Shown here: piece after piece, positions 14,710 to 32,001 of the stretch
Numbering within the stretch: position 1 is the stretch's first letter
Layout: every line of letters begins with the position of its first letter
From: Eledone cirrhosa
Taxonomy: Eukaryota
Assembly (NCBI GenBank): GCA_964016885.1
Contig: OZ024741.1
Coordinates: forward strand, 203,236,001 to 203,300,000
DNA length: 64,000 nucleotides
Direction of reading: 5' to 3'
Program-made: the position numbers and the translations under genes
Notes under the pieces: model-generated
What the model saw: only the letters and a program-made list of their open reading frames with translations
The model's database searches: none
What the model was told of the DNA's origin: nothing

Positions 14710-14742
<33 letters not shown>

Positions 14743-14750
14743 GCAATATG

Positions 14751-14781
<31 letters not shown>

Positions 14782-15161
14782 GTATGCAAATACATATATA
14801 TTTAATAAGACATTTAAACATCTATATCAATCAACTAATAGTTATATTAGAATCAATGCACAAATAATTATATAAATCGAACATTCAACTCGATGTTTTA
14901 CTTTAATTGTTATTTCTTTACATTCATAATGGAACCCTTGTCAATGATTTATATATACATGCATGCACTTAGACACACACACACTCACATATATATATAT
15001 TATATTTATTATATTATATTATATTATATTTACTTTGCCTTTCATCCTTACGAGGTCGATAAAATAAAGTACCAGTAATGCACTGGGTAATTGCTGGCCT
15101 TGTGCCAAAAGTAGAAACAATTATATTATATTATATTATATTATATTATATTATATTATAT

Positions 15162-15215
<54 letters not shown>

Positions 15216-15312
15216 TAAAATAACAGATTATGCAAAGAACCGCTGCTTTCACACTTAACGGGATCTTCTGAAACTCTCTCTCTATATATATATGTATATA
15301 TAATATATATAC

Positions 15313-15405
<93 letters not shown>

Positions 15406-15910
15406 ACATATATATATATATATATATGGCAATCTTATTGACTTTCGTATATAGTATGTAAAAACATCTAAATGAACAAAACTAGTCATGTTTCAGTCTA
15501 AGGAATTGCTGATATTACATAACCTAATATAAATATTGCATACTACCACACTATTGCTCTTTACTTATGTATGTTGACTTTTTTGTACACACATCTATCT
15601 ATCTATATATCTATCTATATATCTATCAATCTTTATAAATCGACTAACTTTTTAAATTCCATTTGTGATAACATTTTACACGTTTTTATTGTATGTAAAC
15701 TTCCCCCTTTGTATTTGTCCCCTTCTTTTGTGCCCCTGTGGCTAATAAAGAAATATATCTATCTTTATATATATATGTATGTCAATATACATGTGTGTGT
15801 TTGTGTTTATATAGTATCGGCTTGCTGTGAGTTTAATTTTTACATGCATATGTATGTTTATATATATATATATAAATATATATATATATATGTATGTTTA
15901 TATATATATG

Positions 15911-16012
<102 letters not shown>

Positions 16013-16083
16013 TGAATGTATGTATATACGTATATATATGTGTATATATAATGATATATATATATATATAAATACATACATTC

Positions 16084-16140
<57 letters not shown>

Positions 16141-16170
16141 TATATATGAATATATATACATGTATACATC

Positions 16171-16278
<108 letters not shown>

Positions 16279-16571
16279 TTAATGTATATATATTTATTTA
16301 TGGATATACATATATGTTTGTGAAAATATATAAACCCAAAGAACAAAGCGAACAGCATAGTGCACCGACGAAATATATTAGTTTAACGCTTGATATAGTA
16401 GGGAAAGAGCCTTAACGTTTCGGACACTAGTCCTTCAAGAGAAGATAAAATGAAAAGTAGAAGAAATAGAAAGATAAATGGTGAGAAGATGAAGGAATGT
16501 GTGAAAAACCCGTGTCTGTTCAGTATGTACTTATATATACATATAAATATATATATACATATATATATATA

Positions 16572-16806
<235 letters not shown>

Positions 16807-16874
16807 ATTAAAACTTAACAAAAGTAACGGACGGGTAACGCGTGCATCGAAGGATCATACTGCAAAATACTGTG

Positions 16875-16917
<43 letters not shown>

Positions 16918-16983
16918 CAAATAAATATATATATATATTAATTCAAAATATTAACAAAAATAGACATTCGTGTGATCAAGTAT

Positions 16984-17048
16984 ATTTTATTATACATATT
17001 TCAGAGGTACTGAGGTATCTTCAACAGTACGTCCTCATCAGATAAAAT
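16984..17048 (-). ncRNA. Type I hammerhead ribozyme (PLE pLTR fragment)
   Basis: attttat-CTGATGA-ggacgtactg...cagtacctct-GAAA-tatgta-TA^ataaaat; 7-bp stem I. Confidence 0.8.
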
Positions 17049-17198
17049 AAGATAATGCATGACATACCCTTACTAAGTAGATGGTTAAAATTCAGTCATG
17101 GCAGTCTTCATAACACCGGAAAACCAATACTGTGGAGTGCTTCTAATCTATTGTAAAACTTTATTCTTTGATTTATTCATTGAACCTTGTTTAACCTT

Positions 17199-17483
<285 letters not shown>

Positions 17484-17541
17484 TATATATATATATATGT
17501 ATATTTATTAAAATAACAGATTAAATTTTAAGCAATGTGTT

Positions 17542-17619
<78 letters not shown>

Positions 17620-17973
17620 CGTGTGTGTGTATGTGTGTGTGTCTGTGTGCAGTTATATATATATATTTCGTAGCTAGTAGATCAGGGAGTCGCTCCAGGT
17701 ATAGCCGCTATATAGTTCCTGTATTGGGCAAAACCAACCGGCAGGAGACCCAGAACAAGAATATATTAATATGTTAAATAAATAAATATTTGTATATAAT
17801 AATTATTATTAGTTTTATAGATACTACTACTAATAATTATTAGTATCTATTATACTAGTAATAATAATAACATACATATTTCTCTATATATATAAGCATC
17901 AATAAAATCGGAACGGTTTCTCACAGTATTTACACACTAATTTCCTTGAAGTACTGCGTTATCATATCGTATG

Positions 17974-18031
<58 letters not shown>

Positions 18032-18142
18032 TATAGATATATATATATGTACATATATACATATATATATATACATACACACTCACATATTGGTGTACTT
18101 ATGTGTGTAAATATATGTATACATAAGTACATATATATATAT

Positions 18143-18177
<35 letters not shown>

Positions 18178-18252
18178 ATACACACTCACATATTGGTGTA
18201 CTTACGTGTGTAAATATATGTATATAGAAGTATATATAATATATGTATATGA

Positions 18253-18286
<34 letters not shown>

Positions 18287-18806
18287 ATACATACACATAC
18301 GTGTGTGTGAGCATGCCTATGTGGAGTGCATGTGTTTGAGTTTATAGTTTATGCATGTGTATATATTTGTATATGTTAAGGTTTCGATTTTGATATTAGT
18401 CTGTCGGTATAAAACAATTGAATTATGATTTCCCTTCTTAAAGAAATGAGTTTAGCAATCCGTTCAACCGACACTGAATCACATAGTCTGTAATCATTGT
18501 CGTCAATATTGCTTCTTTCTCATCTTGAGGGTTTATATATATATGTATACACACACACACATATGTATTTATATATATATATATTCATAAATATATATAT
18601 ATATATATACAAATATAATTTCAGCGAGATCGTATTTTGGCGGTGGCCAAAACAAAACGAAACGCAATCTTCGAGATTACCGGCAAGCGCTCAATGGACT
18701 ATGAAGAAGCCAGAGCAATTAACATACGTTATAAAGGCCAGACACATTTAAAACAGTGGCCCTGACTTGACAAGTTCAGGCAGCCGAAAAAACGAGCAGG
18801 CTAAAC

Positions 18807-18868
<62 letters not shown>

Positions 18869-19535
18869 ATATATACATTCATTAAAAACAACGGAATGTC
18901 GAACTGGAAACTTTCCTTAAAATTTTAATTCGGCGAAAATACTATACGTATTTCAATGGCCCAGTTTCACCATCCGACCATGATACAAGACTTAGGCAAT
19001 TTAATCAGGTGTTGATTCGAGAATTAATTATATAAGATAACAGGATTATGTCGATCGCAAACAGAGAATAGAAAATAGAGGACAGATTTGATTCAGGGAC
19101 GGCCTGCCACTTCTGTATTGTTGTTACAGCAAACCCCGAAACTGCTACAATATCACCGAATTGGCAGGTCGTCCTCGAATCAAATGTCTTCTATATTCTA
19201 TTCTCTTAAAATTTTAAAGAAATTTCCAGTCCGGTCTTCTGCTGTTTTTAATGAATATTTAAATCCGTTTCTGCACCAGTCACGGCATACCACATCTACG
19301 AGGGATGATTTACATAACGTCGAGTGCTTTAATATATTGTATCATCGTTTATTGACCGGAATCATCAGTTCTACCCATTGGTAAACAACATAACATTAAT
19401 GTTATATATACCATATATACCATGTGTGTTGGGGGTGGTATTCATGTTTGTAATTATTTAACGTCCGTTTAGATAAATACCCACATAAACACACACACAC
19501 ACACACACACGCATATAAACTGCTTTTTATTTTAC

Positions 19536-19611
<76 letters not shown>

Positions 19612-20277
19612 GTATGTATATATATATATATATATATATAGATATATAGATATATATATGTATGTATGTATATGCGTGTGCATGACTTTTTTATGACATT
19701 TATTTTGCATGTATTTGTTTAGAATTCGTTTAGATTGCTTTAGATATAATTAGTTCAACTGGAATCGAACGCCAGCCGAACACCCAATCACTGAGCCACG
19801 TGTTGGTTAACACTTCAGTTGTTTTGAATGAATGGAAAGTTTCATGGCAGTCAGTAAATTATGTAACTTTTCAATGGTAAGATTTAGATTTTACTTTCAC
19901 AGTGTTATCCAACTACGTTAACCGAGAAGCTTTGGTACTAAAGTTGAAGGAAAAGGAGACGAAGAGGACACGAATGATTAATAAGATGACAATACGATTT
20001 AACAATTAACTCATTACTTGATTGGTTGATTAACGATTCGATTGATAACTAAACTGATGTGAGATGCGATGGGTGTGCTTGTTTTGACTGTGGAATGTCC
20101 CTCCCTAAATACCTCAATAAATAAACATATCAATAAATCTCAAACATGTGATGTATTTTATTGGCATCATGACCTTCCCAATGTACAACAATATACGTTT
20201 CATGTAACGTTTCTCGCCTGTGCACGTCTATGTGAGTGGGTACGTGTGCATAACTGAGTATGTGAATAAATGTGTGC

Positions 20278-20384
<107 letters not shown>

Positions 20385-20423
20385 TTCTCAAGAATGAAAC
20401 AGTTCTAGTCCAGTAGAATCTCA

Positions 20424-20478
<55 letters not shown>

Positions 20479-21335
20479 ATGTATATATGTATGTGCGTGT
20501 GTGTGTATGTGTGTTTGTGTATGTGTCTGTGTGCATGTGTGTGTGTGATTGTGTTTGGGTGTCCCCAAGAAGATTAATAGTATAAATGAAACATTTGAAC
20601 TACTTTTAGTCCAAGTGGGTGATATGAGTTGTTATTCAAGGTGACTGAATAAATCATTTCTCTTTATTGATATTGGTATCGATAAGTAGAATCTCGCCGA
20701 GACGAGATCAAGTTTGCATTCCATACTTCTGGTTGCGATAAAATAACGTACCAGTCAAGTACAGGGGTCGATATAATCGACTTTCTCTTTCCCAAAACTG
20801 CTGACCTTACTACTACTACTACTACTACTACTACTATTACTACTACTACTACTACTACTACTACTAGTAGCAGTAGTAGTAGTAGTGTTTGCAATGAGCG
20901 GATGTCTGTAAAACCGCCCAGAAAGATGTTTGGATTTTTACAATGTTTACGTAAATTAAAAAGAAAAAGAAAACATTTTCTTTTTCTATTTTATTATGAT
21001 TTGTGACATTTGAGTATTCCCCGCTTTACATTGGCATGAGAAATTAAGTTTTGACTTAGCTTTTATAAGTGTTGCTTATTTACGTTTTGTTTTAGAAATA
21101 AATGAATACATTTTGTTAACATTATTTACTTGTAATTCAATACGGGGTGCTTGGCACTATCATCATAGCAACGAATACGCTATCCAAAATTTCGAAAATG
21201 TTTCCTACATTTTGTAAACAAAAATATAAATTCCCCAAAATGCTAACCAGAATGAACATTAACAATTGGACCAGCAGACACACATATGGACCCGAATTGT
21301 GTAGCGATAGATTTATTCGTTTTAACAAGTAAAGC

Positions 21336-21528
21336 AATAATTGTTTCTACTTATAGTACAAGGCCAGCAATTACCGCAGTGCATTACTGGTGTTTTATCT
21401 TATTGACCCTGTAAGGATGAAAGGCAAAGTTAACCTCGGCGGGATTTGAACTCAGAATGTAAAGGGTCATAACTCCATGCTGCAAAGCATGGTGTCTGAC
21501 GCTCTATCGATACTGCCAATCCACCGCC
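21336..21528 (-). mobile_element. SINE family 1, full length
   Basis: Same sequence as 12301-12491; aacaagtaaa repeated on both flanks. Confidence 0.85.
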
Positions 21529-22949
21529 AAACAAGTAAAATAATAATAACAGCTTTTCTAGCAAAAGAGTCCCATATATTTATCTATTTGTTCGAAAATG
21601 GAGAATGTTTTATCTGTCTTCCAAGCCGATGTATGGCACGATGTGTCTTCCATGAAATGTTTTGCCTGGGATTTAAGATTGCGAGCGATATGAAGGGACA
21701 AGCAGAGCTGGTGCAACATACAACTTCTCCAGTCTGGTACCGCTTTACATGGGAGCGACGCACGATAGGTATCGAGTCCTAAAAATGTTGATCCTTAGCT
21801 TAGCATCGTGTTGTTATGGTGAGACACGTGAGACATGCAGATGGTGAGGCATGTGTTCGTATGGAATCTGTATGGACATGTAGGTTGTTATGACCGCTGA
21901 AATCTGTAAGTCTCTCATGGGATTGAACCCTATTGTGAGATTAGAAATGGTTGTAATTGACGGGGATAGGAGGGGAGAAAGCCCAGCGCCATCACGGTAG
22001 AAGTAAAACCCATTTCACTGCAGAGCTGGAAAAGCAGAGGTGTTAAGAGGGGGACAAACAACAACAACAACAACAACAACAACAGCCTACAGAATCACCA
22101 CTAGTCTCCAGGGATTCCTTTCACCAGCATAGAGCTGGTAGCAAGAGCCTACAATTAACAACATAGCCCCATCTTATTATGACGATAGGGAGGAAATGCA
22201 GAATGGAATGAGAATGAAATATGTCAAAGATATAAAAAAAAGTTGGGTCAAAAATAGAAAACAAAATGTGCCGAAGCCAGACAGAAAGCAATTAAAACAG
22301 AAAAAAACCGTCCCCTGCCCTCATAAGAATACATGAGATTCACGGTTCTTCTAATCACTAATGGTAGCCTAATGGATCCTAGAAGAAGGAAATAATGAGA
22401 TGATTGAGGAGATGAGACGATTATGTGGCACACTTCAATTGTGAACTGTTGGAGAAAGTTGCACTAGTTAGAGTATAACTATGAAGAGGACACTAACTAG
22501 AGTCAAACTCTTAAGAAGTCAGTGAAGTGAAGAATTCTTACCCGGAACATCTCCGAAAATCTTTATTTCGAAAGTCACAGTTTGTAATGCCTGGAACAGG
22601 GTTCTATGGTGTAATACTCAAAGTATAAAATATTTCAAAGTATTGGGGGTGTAGTACCCTGTGCATTACACGGAGCAGGTACCTGGAGTGGAATATCCGG
22701 AACATTTGACATAAAAGGGCCCTCTGGTGTGGTACCCGAGTAGAGTCCTGAAATAGTCTAAATTTACGTAGGTGGTGTCATCTTATCCGTGTGTGAGTGA
22801 CTTCCACTTACTTCTACGGATTTGCATTCAGTTATGTATGTGTTTATGTATGTATGTATGTATGTATGTATGTATGTATGTATGTATGTATGTATGTATG
22901 TATGTATGTATGTATGTATGTATGTATGTATGTATGTATATGTATGTGT

Positions 22950-24561
22950 GTTCTTCTGGTTTTATAATTTCACAAAGTTTTACCAATAGAGAGAGAGTCG
23001 GTTTCTAACATAGACTCAAGACTCTCTCGTTGGAATTTACACATCAACTAGGTAGATTATGTATGCATGTGTAGATATGGATGTTATTGTATGTGTGGAT
23101 GTGTATGTTTTGACTTGTATGTGTGCATGTGTATAGGCTTAGTATCTGTACATGTGTATATGCAGTTATTAGATGCACATTTTTTGGAATGTTTTACATA
23201 TTTTTAATGTTCCATTAATGGATTATACTTGTAATTTCCTAACTAGTTGTGTTCTTTCTGTTCCTGTGAAGCCTAGCTTCTCAAGATTTGTATTGAGGCA
23301 GTTACTAACATATCCCAGTGCCCCAATAATCACAGGCATAAATCTGAAGGTGTAATAAGGGTGGAGTATCTGCAGATTTCTCATCAGTTCTGCATAAATA
23401 TTCTTCTTTTCACTAATCTTGGATATTATATTAGCATCTGCTGGACAGCTAATTTCCACTACTGTGCATGCTTTCTTTTCCCTGTCCCATATCATAATAT
23501 CTGGTCTGTTATGCCTGCATTTTATTGGGGTTTTAACTGGAACATTCCACCAGTACTCTTTCATATTATGTACATGGATGTCTTCCACATTGCTGTAGCT
23601 TTTAATGTATCGGGGCTATATTTTTTTACGAACTGCATTGTACAGTGTTTTGGCCACTAGATCATGCCTCATAGTTCATGTATGTATGTATGTATGTATG
23701 TATGTATGTATGTATGTATGTATGTATGTATGTATGTATGTATGTATGTATGTGTGTATGTATGTATGTTCTTCTGGTTTTATAATTTCACAAATTTTCG
23801 CCAATAGAGAGAGAGTCGGTTTCTAACATAGACACAAGACTCTCTCATTGGAATTTACACATCAACTAGGTAGATATGTATGTTTGCATGCATATGGATG
23901 TTATTATATGTGTGGATGTGGATGTTTTGAGTTGTATGTGTGCATGTGTATATGCTTTGTATCTGTACATGTGTATATGCAGTTATTAGATGCACATTGT
24001 TTGGAATGTTTTACATATTTTTAATGTTCCATTAATGGATTATACTTGTAATTTCCTAACTAGTTGTGTTCTTTCTGTTCCTGTGAAGCCTAGCTTCTCA
24101 AGATTTGTATTGAGGCAGTTACTAACATATCCCAGTGCCCCAATAATCACAGGCATAAATCTGAAGGTGTAATAAGGGTGGAGTATCTGCAGATTTCTCA
24201 TCAGTTCTGCATAAATATTCTTCTTTTCACTAATCTTGGATATTATATTAGCATCTGCCGGGCAGCTAATTTCCACTACTGTGCATGCTTTCTTTTCCCT
24301 GTCCCATATCATAATATCTGGTCTGTTATGCCTGCATTTTATTGGGGTTTTAACTGGAACATTTCACCAGTACTCTTTCATATTATGTACATGGATGTCT
24401 TCCACATTGCTGTAGCTTTTAATGTATCGGGGCTATATTTTTTTACGAACTGCATTGTACAGTGTTTTGGCCACTAGATCATGCCTCATAGTTCATGTAT
24501 GTATGTATGTATGTATGTATGTATGTATGTATGTATGTATGTATGTATGTATGTATGTATG

Positions 24562-24592
<31 letters not shown>

Positions 24593-25705
24593 GTATGTAT
24601 GTGTGTATGTATGTATGTTCTTCTGGTTTTATAATTTCACAAATTTTCGCCAATAGAGAGAGAGTCGGTTTCTAACATAGACACAAGACTCTCTCATTGG
24701 AATTTACACATCAACTAGGTAGATATGTATGTTTGCATGCATATGGATGTTATTATATGTGTGGATGTGGATGTTTTGAGTTGTATGTGTGCATGTGTAT
24801 ATGCTTTGTATCTGTACATGTGTATATGCAGTTATTAGATGCACATTGTTTGGAATGTTTTACATATTTTTAATGTTCCATTAATGGATTATACTTGTAA
24901 TTTCCTAACTAGTTGTGTTCTTTCTGTTCCTGTGAAGCCTAGCTTCTCAAGATTTGTATTGAGGCAGTTACTAACATATCCCAGTGCCCAATAATCACAG
25001 GCATAAATCTGAAGGTGTAATAAGGGTGGAGTATCTGCAGATTTCTCATCAGTTCTGCATAAATATTCTTCTTTTCACTAATCTTTGATATTATATTGGC
25101 ATCTGCTGGACAGCTAACTTCGACTACTGTGCATGCCTACTTTTCCCTGTCCCATATCATAATATCTGGTCTGTTATGCCTGCATTTTTGGGGGGATTTT
25201 ACTGGAACATTTCACCAGTACTCTTTCATATTATGTACATGGATGTCTTCCACATTGCTGTAGCTTTTAATGTGTTTATTATTGGGGCTATCTTTTCGAC
25301 GGATTGCATTGTACAGTGTTTTGGACACTACATCATGCCTCATAGGTAGATGGTACCGCGATGAGATCTTTGGACAACTGCTGATGACACGGGTGACATC
25401 TTCGATGTTAATTCTGCAGAGTCTGCACTTGTTATCACATCTAGGTGTTTTGCCTGCATCCCTATCTCTTTTGTGAATCAGATATTTCATGTATGTATGT
25501 ATGTATGTATGTATGTATGTATGTATGTATGTATGTATGTATGTATGTATGTATGTATGTATGTGTGTGTGTGTGTGTGTATATATGTATGTATGTTCTT
25601 CTGGTTTTATAATTTCACAAAGTTTTACCAATAGAGAGAGAGTCGGTTTCTAACATAGACACAAGACTCTCTCATTGGAATTTACACAACATCAACTAGG
25701 TAGAT
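22950..25705 (-). mobile_element. Tandem 3' fragments of an RLE-type (R2/R4/NeSL superclade) non-LTR retrotransposon separated by (TATG)n
   Basis: Peptides CRLC...SSC, RHD, RPDIMIWDREKKACTVVEISCP (PD-(D/E)xK), K..Y..L, PVIIGALG. Units ~22950-23678, 23769-24495, 24617-25488, 25595-25705. Confidence 0.85.
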
Positions 25706-26255
25706 ATGTATGTATGTCTGCATGCATGTATGTATGTCTGCATGCATGTATGTATGTATGCATGTATGTATGTATGTATGTATGTATGTATGTATGTATG
25801 TATGTATGTATATCTGCATGCATGTATGTATGTATGTATGTATGTATGTATGTATGTATGTATGTATGTATGTATGTATGTATGTATGTATGTATGTATG
25901 TCTGCATGCATGTATGTATGCATGTATGTATGTATGTATGTATGTATGTATGTATGTATGTATGTCTGCATGCATGTATGTATGCATGTATGTATGTATG
26001 TATGTATGTATGTATGTATGTATGTATGTATGTATGTATGTATGTCTGCATGCATGTATGTATGTATGTATGTATGTATGTATGTATGTATGTATGTATG
26101 TATGTATGTATGTATGTATGTATGTCTGCATGCATGTATGTATGCATGTATGTATGTATGTATGTATGTATGTATGTATGTATGCATGTATGTATGTATG
26201 TATGTATGTATGTATGTATGTATGTATGTATGTATGTATGTATGTATGTATGTAT
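25706..26255. repeat. Long (TATG)n microsatellite with periodic TCTGCATGCA interruptions
   Basis: Direct inspection. Confidence 0.95.
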
Positions 26256-26791
26256 ATTCTGGTTTTATTATTTTATAAATTTTCACCAATAGAAAGAGAG
26301 CCGGATTCTAACAGAAACAAAGCTCTTTCATTGAAATTTAGACATCAACTAGGTAATTACGCATGTATGTCTATATGTGTTTGTATGTGCGTGCACGTGT
26401 GTGTACAGGTATGGGTGTTATTGCATGTGTGGATCTATATTTTTTGTGTTATATGTGTACATGTGCATATGTTTTTGAAACTATACATCTATATACGTAT
26501 GTATATATCTCGAGGTCAACTTTGCCTTTCATCCATTGAAGGTCAATAAAAAAGCACCTTCTAGTTTTGGATTGGATTGTCCCTTTATGTTTCTTTCCCA
26601 CTTCCTCTCTTTCTTTCCCTGGAAGAAATCTGTTGTATTCAGACGTGGAGAGGAGATAGGCTCCGCCGGATTTATAAAATGCCCTAGAAACGCCGTATCT
26701 CAATACGGCACCTTCACGACTCCACAGGAGTTATGAGGCCATACATATATACATGCATACATACATGCATATATGTATGTATATATGTATG

Positions 26792-28054
<1,263 letters not shown>

Positions 28055-28887
28055 ATATCATTTAATATCATTGAATATTATACTCCAGAAAACTGGTCGT
28101 GTGCTCTGAATCAGTTATAAACATTTATATTTGTTGAATTTGTATTTATATTTGTCTTCATTAAGACATCTCTCTATGAGAAGTTTACTCTGATATAAAA
28201 CCTGCGACTTCGTTTGCATCCAATGATGTAAACCAGTTCTTCATTTTGGGGCAAATGTATTCGATGTTCAGAGACTGAGATTGGCCTCGTGCAAAGCCTT
28301 TCCTCTCTTAAAAAGCTTCAAGTAGAGACATCGCTTGATATGTGACACTTTTTTGCGATGCATGTCATTGCTGGCCATAGGTAAGTCCCTTGCAGGACTA
28401 AAAAGCCATGACCGTGATGCTCATGCTTAAGTATCACGCAATGGCATTACTCGAAATCAAGTTGTAGCAATCATGTATGTATGTATGTATGTATGTATGT
28501 ATGTATGTATGTATGTATGTATGTATGTATGTATGTATGAATGAATGTATGTATGTATGTATGTATGTATGTATGTATGTACACACACACACATATATAT
28601 GTATGCGTGTATGATATATATGTATATATGTGTGTGTGTGGGGGGGGGGGGGGGTGTATCACCATATGCCCTAATCCCTTTTGGAACACGTTTTGTATGG
28701 ATGTTTGTCCTTGTGGCAAATATATGCAAGAATAATTATTATTGTTTCTGTTATAAATATATTCTGTTTAAACCGAACCAACATAAACAACTGCGGAAAT
28801 GCAAGATAATTGTTTTTAATGGTTCTAATTTAAGCACAAACCCACTGATTTGGGTTGGAGGACAAGGAGAAGTTTATTATATTAACC

Positions 28888-29185
28888 GACACGTGATTTA
28901 GTGGTTAGGGTGTTCAGGTCTCGATCGTAAGGCCATCAGCTCGGTTCCCTGTCCGGGCGGTACGTTTTGTCATTGAGTAAAATACTTTATTTCTCATTGC
29001 TCCAGTCCACCCAGCTGTCAAAAATGTGTGGTCATGTACTTCAAGGACACACATTGTGTAACGCTAAATCTTTCTGAGAACTACCTTAAGGTTGCACGTG
29101 TCTGTGGAATGCTCAGTCACTTACACGTAACTTTCATAGGCAGGCATTTCTTTGATTGAATCAACTGGAGCATTCGTCGTCGTTA
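28888..29185 (+). mobile_element. tRNA-derived SINE, family 2 (decayed copies ~5166-5550, 31000-31300, 46080-46240, 47080-47350)
   Basis: tagtggttagg box A, gttc-like box B, followed by ttgagyaa...ctttatttc..ttgctccagtccac. Confidence 0.65.
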
Positions 29186-29244
29186 ACAAAGTTCAGCGTG
29201 GCACAGTGGGACAAGGTTTAGACTTTTAAATTACAAGCGCAGTC

Positions 29245-29405
29245 CTTCTTTCGATCTTCCAAACAGTTTCAGTCTATTCTGTTTCATTCACAAGTCTTGG
29301 GTGGGCCCGAGGCTATGGTAAATTACACTTGTCCACGATCAACGCAGTGGGAGCGAACCCAGGACCTAATGACTGCAAAGTGTACTTCTTAACCATATAG
29401 CCATA
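29245..29405 (-). mobile_element. tRNA-derived SINE, family 3 (related pieces ~9836-9915, 38345-38480, 42040-42210, 45435-45560)
   Basis: Sense tggctatatggttaagaagt...ctgggttcgctcccactgcg...caagtgt...atagcctcgggcc. Confidence 0.6.
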
Positions 29406-30094
29406 CTGAGTTCAGCACATTAGATAATAAAGTCTTCAATATATGACATTAAATAATAGAGTCTTCAACACACGATAATAAATAATTAAGTCCTAAATAT
29501 GATATTAAATAATAAAGTCTTCAATATATGACATTAAATAATAGTGTCCTAGATATATGACATTAGATAAAAGAACCCTAAAGAGTTGTTATCGTTTTTC
29601 ATCCATCTTGCTATGCTTGCTCGACGCCTGGAGTTTACGTTTTCATGGACATTAAGCGATTGAGAGTGTAAGACGTCTACTCAACATTATATGGGATGCT
29701 TGTCCATTGCAAAAATAAATCCCAACTACCGCTTGTATTAATTTACCGCTGTGTGAACTGGAGCAATTAAAATGAAGTGTCTTGTTCAAGAACACAACGC
29801 ATCAACTTGTCTGAAAATTTAATCCATAATCTTATAATCTAACCCCTAGATCACGTGCATTCACAGATATAAATATATACTGTCTGTAAATCAAACTGGA
29901 AAGTTACGGCTGTGATCATTTGATCAAAGGTCAACAGGTTGAAATCACACTTAAACAACAAGAGTAGCAACAGCATTTTACTCATAAAGTTTAACCATTA
30001 TGAACCTTTCAAATGAATGAATTCGAGTTGAATGATATTTAGCTGTAAATCAACGACTTTAAATAGGGGCTAAACAACACTAAATAGGACTTCA

Positions 30095-30820
30095 ATAGAT
30101 ACAAAATAGAATATAGTGCATAGAGTATAGAGTATAGAACATAGAATATACAATATAGAACATAGAGTGTAAAGCATAGAATGTAGAGCACAGAACGTAG
30201 AGCAAAGAACATACAACGGGGCATAGATCACAGATCAGAGATCATAGAGTAGAGGCCATAGGAGATAGAATATAGACTATAACATATAGAACATAGAATA
30301 TAGAGTAGAGTGTATGGAGTGTAGAGTGTAGAACAAAAAGCATAGGATATAGAGTATAGTGTAGAACATAGAACACAGAGCATAGAGGATAGAGGATGGA
30401 ACATAGAGCATAGAATATAAAGTATAGAACATAGAGTATAGAATATAGAGTAAAGAACATTAAACACAGGACATAGATCATAGGACATCATAGAGGATTG
30501 AGCATAGCGCTTGGAATATAGACTATACAACATTGAGCACGGAGTATAGAGGAGAGAACATAAAGCATAGAATATAGAGTGTTGAGCATAAAACATTGAG
30601 TAGAGAGTATAGAGTATACAACAGAGGACATAAAGTATAGAACAGACGTTAGAGCATAGAGTATGGAGAATATAACATAGAGTATAACATATATAAACAT
30701 AGAACATATAGCAGAAACCATAGGACATAGAAAATAGAGTATAGAACATAGAAAACAGATCATACAGCATAGAAGATAGAGTTTGGAACATAGAGCTTAG
30801 AGCATAGAACACAGAGCACG
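30095..30820. repeat. Degenerate heptamer-like minisatellite (ATAGAAC/ATAGAGT)
   Basis: Direct inspection; the overlapping ORFs are low-complexity. Confidence 0.85.
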
Positions 30821-31358
30821 CAACATACTACTCTATCTATCCTGACTCTGCTGATGTTTGTATATAAACATATGAAGCCCATATGTTTATGTTTTCAATA
30901 ACATCTGTTGGAAGTTAACCACCAATTCTTACACTCAATTGTGTACACTTGAATGTTTGTCTCTTCATTCTCACAACTAGATGTATGTTGGACCTCCGTC
31001 GAATTCGACGACGAGTATTTCAGTTGTTTGATCACGTAAAATAATCATCCAAATGACTGATGATTCCACTGATATGTACCCTGAGCGTTGTTGTCAGCGA
31101 AACACGATGTCACACGGTGTGTGACAAAGCTGGTCATCATGTATCATAGTGTAAGCATTCAACAGACACGTGCACTGTAGCTATTACCGTAATTCTGAGT
31201 GACATAGGGTGTTACGAGGTAAACCTTTTGAATTACAGATACAACAATTTTTTCTAGAGGGGTGGACTGGAGCAACATGAAATAAAGTGTCTTGCTTATA
31301 TATAAATACACACACACATGCATAAATACACACAGACACTCAATTAAACACGATCACA

Positions 31359-31402
<44 letters not shown>

Positions 31403-31448
31403 AGTGTGTGTGAGTATATATATATGTAAATATATATATATATATATG

Positions 31449-31503
<55 letters not shown>

Positions 31504-31529
31504 CTTTTCTCTCTTTCTCGATACGTAAA

Positions 31530-31608
<79 letters not shown>

Positions 31609-31629
31609 GTTAAAAGAATAGAGGTGTAA

Positions 31630-31664
<35 letters not shown>

Positions 31665-31773
31665 TATAGTAATAATAATAATAATAGTAATAATAATAAA
31701 TGTGAAGACTAAAATCCAAAGAGGGCTCGTTAAGGATAAATATATATCAAATATATAAGAACTCTAGAGCAAA

Positions 31774-31900
31774 TATTTATTAAGATAACAGATTAAAGTT
31801 TAAGCAAAGAATCGCTGCTTTCACCCTCATTTCAGAAGATCCCGTTAAGGGTGAAAACAGCGATTCTTTGCTTAAACTTTAATCTGTTATCTTAATAAAT
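31774..31900. repeat. Foldback repeat of a short TA-associated element (pieces also at 15211-15273, 17503-17535, 39861-39902)
   Basis: atttattaagataacagattaaag...gctgctttcaccc followed by its reverse complement. Confidence 0.7.
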
Positions 31901-31910
31901 AAATAAATAA

Positions 31911-32001
<91 letters not shown>

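Noticed and set aside
21560-22770. Unique-looking segment, possible exon or LINE 5' remnant
   Set aside because: No recognisable peptide motif in the ORF track or by eye.
31830-31872. Hammerhead in the 31.8 kb foldback (CAGAAGA-tccc/gggt-GAAA)
   Set aside because: The core deviates and stems I and III cannot be paired convincingly.
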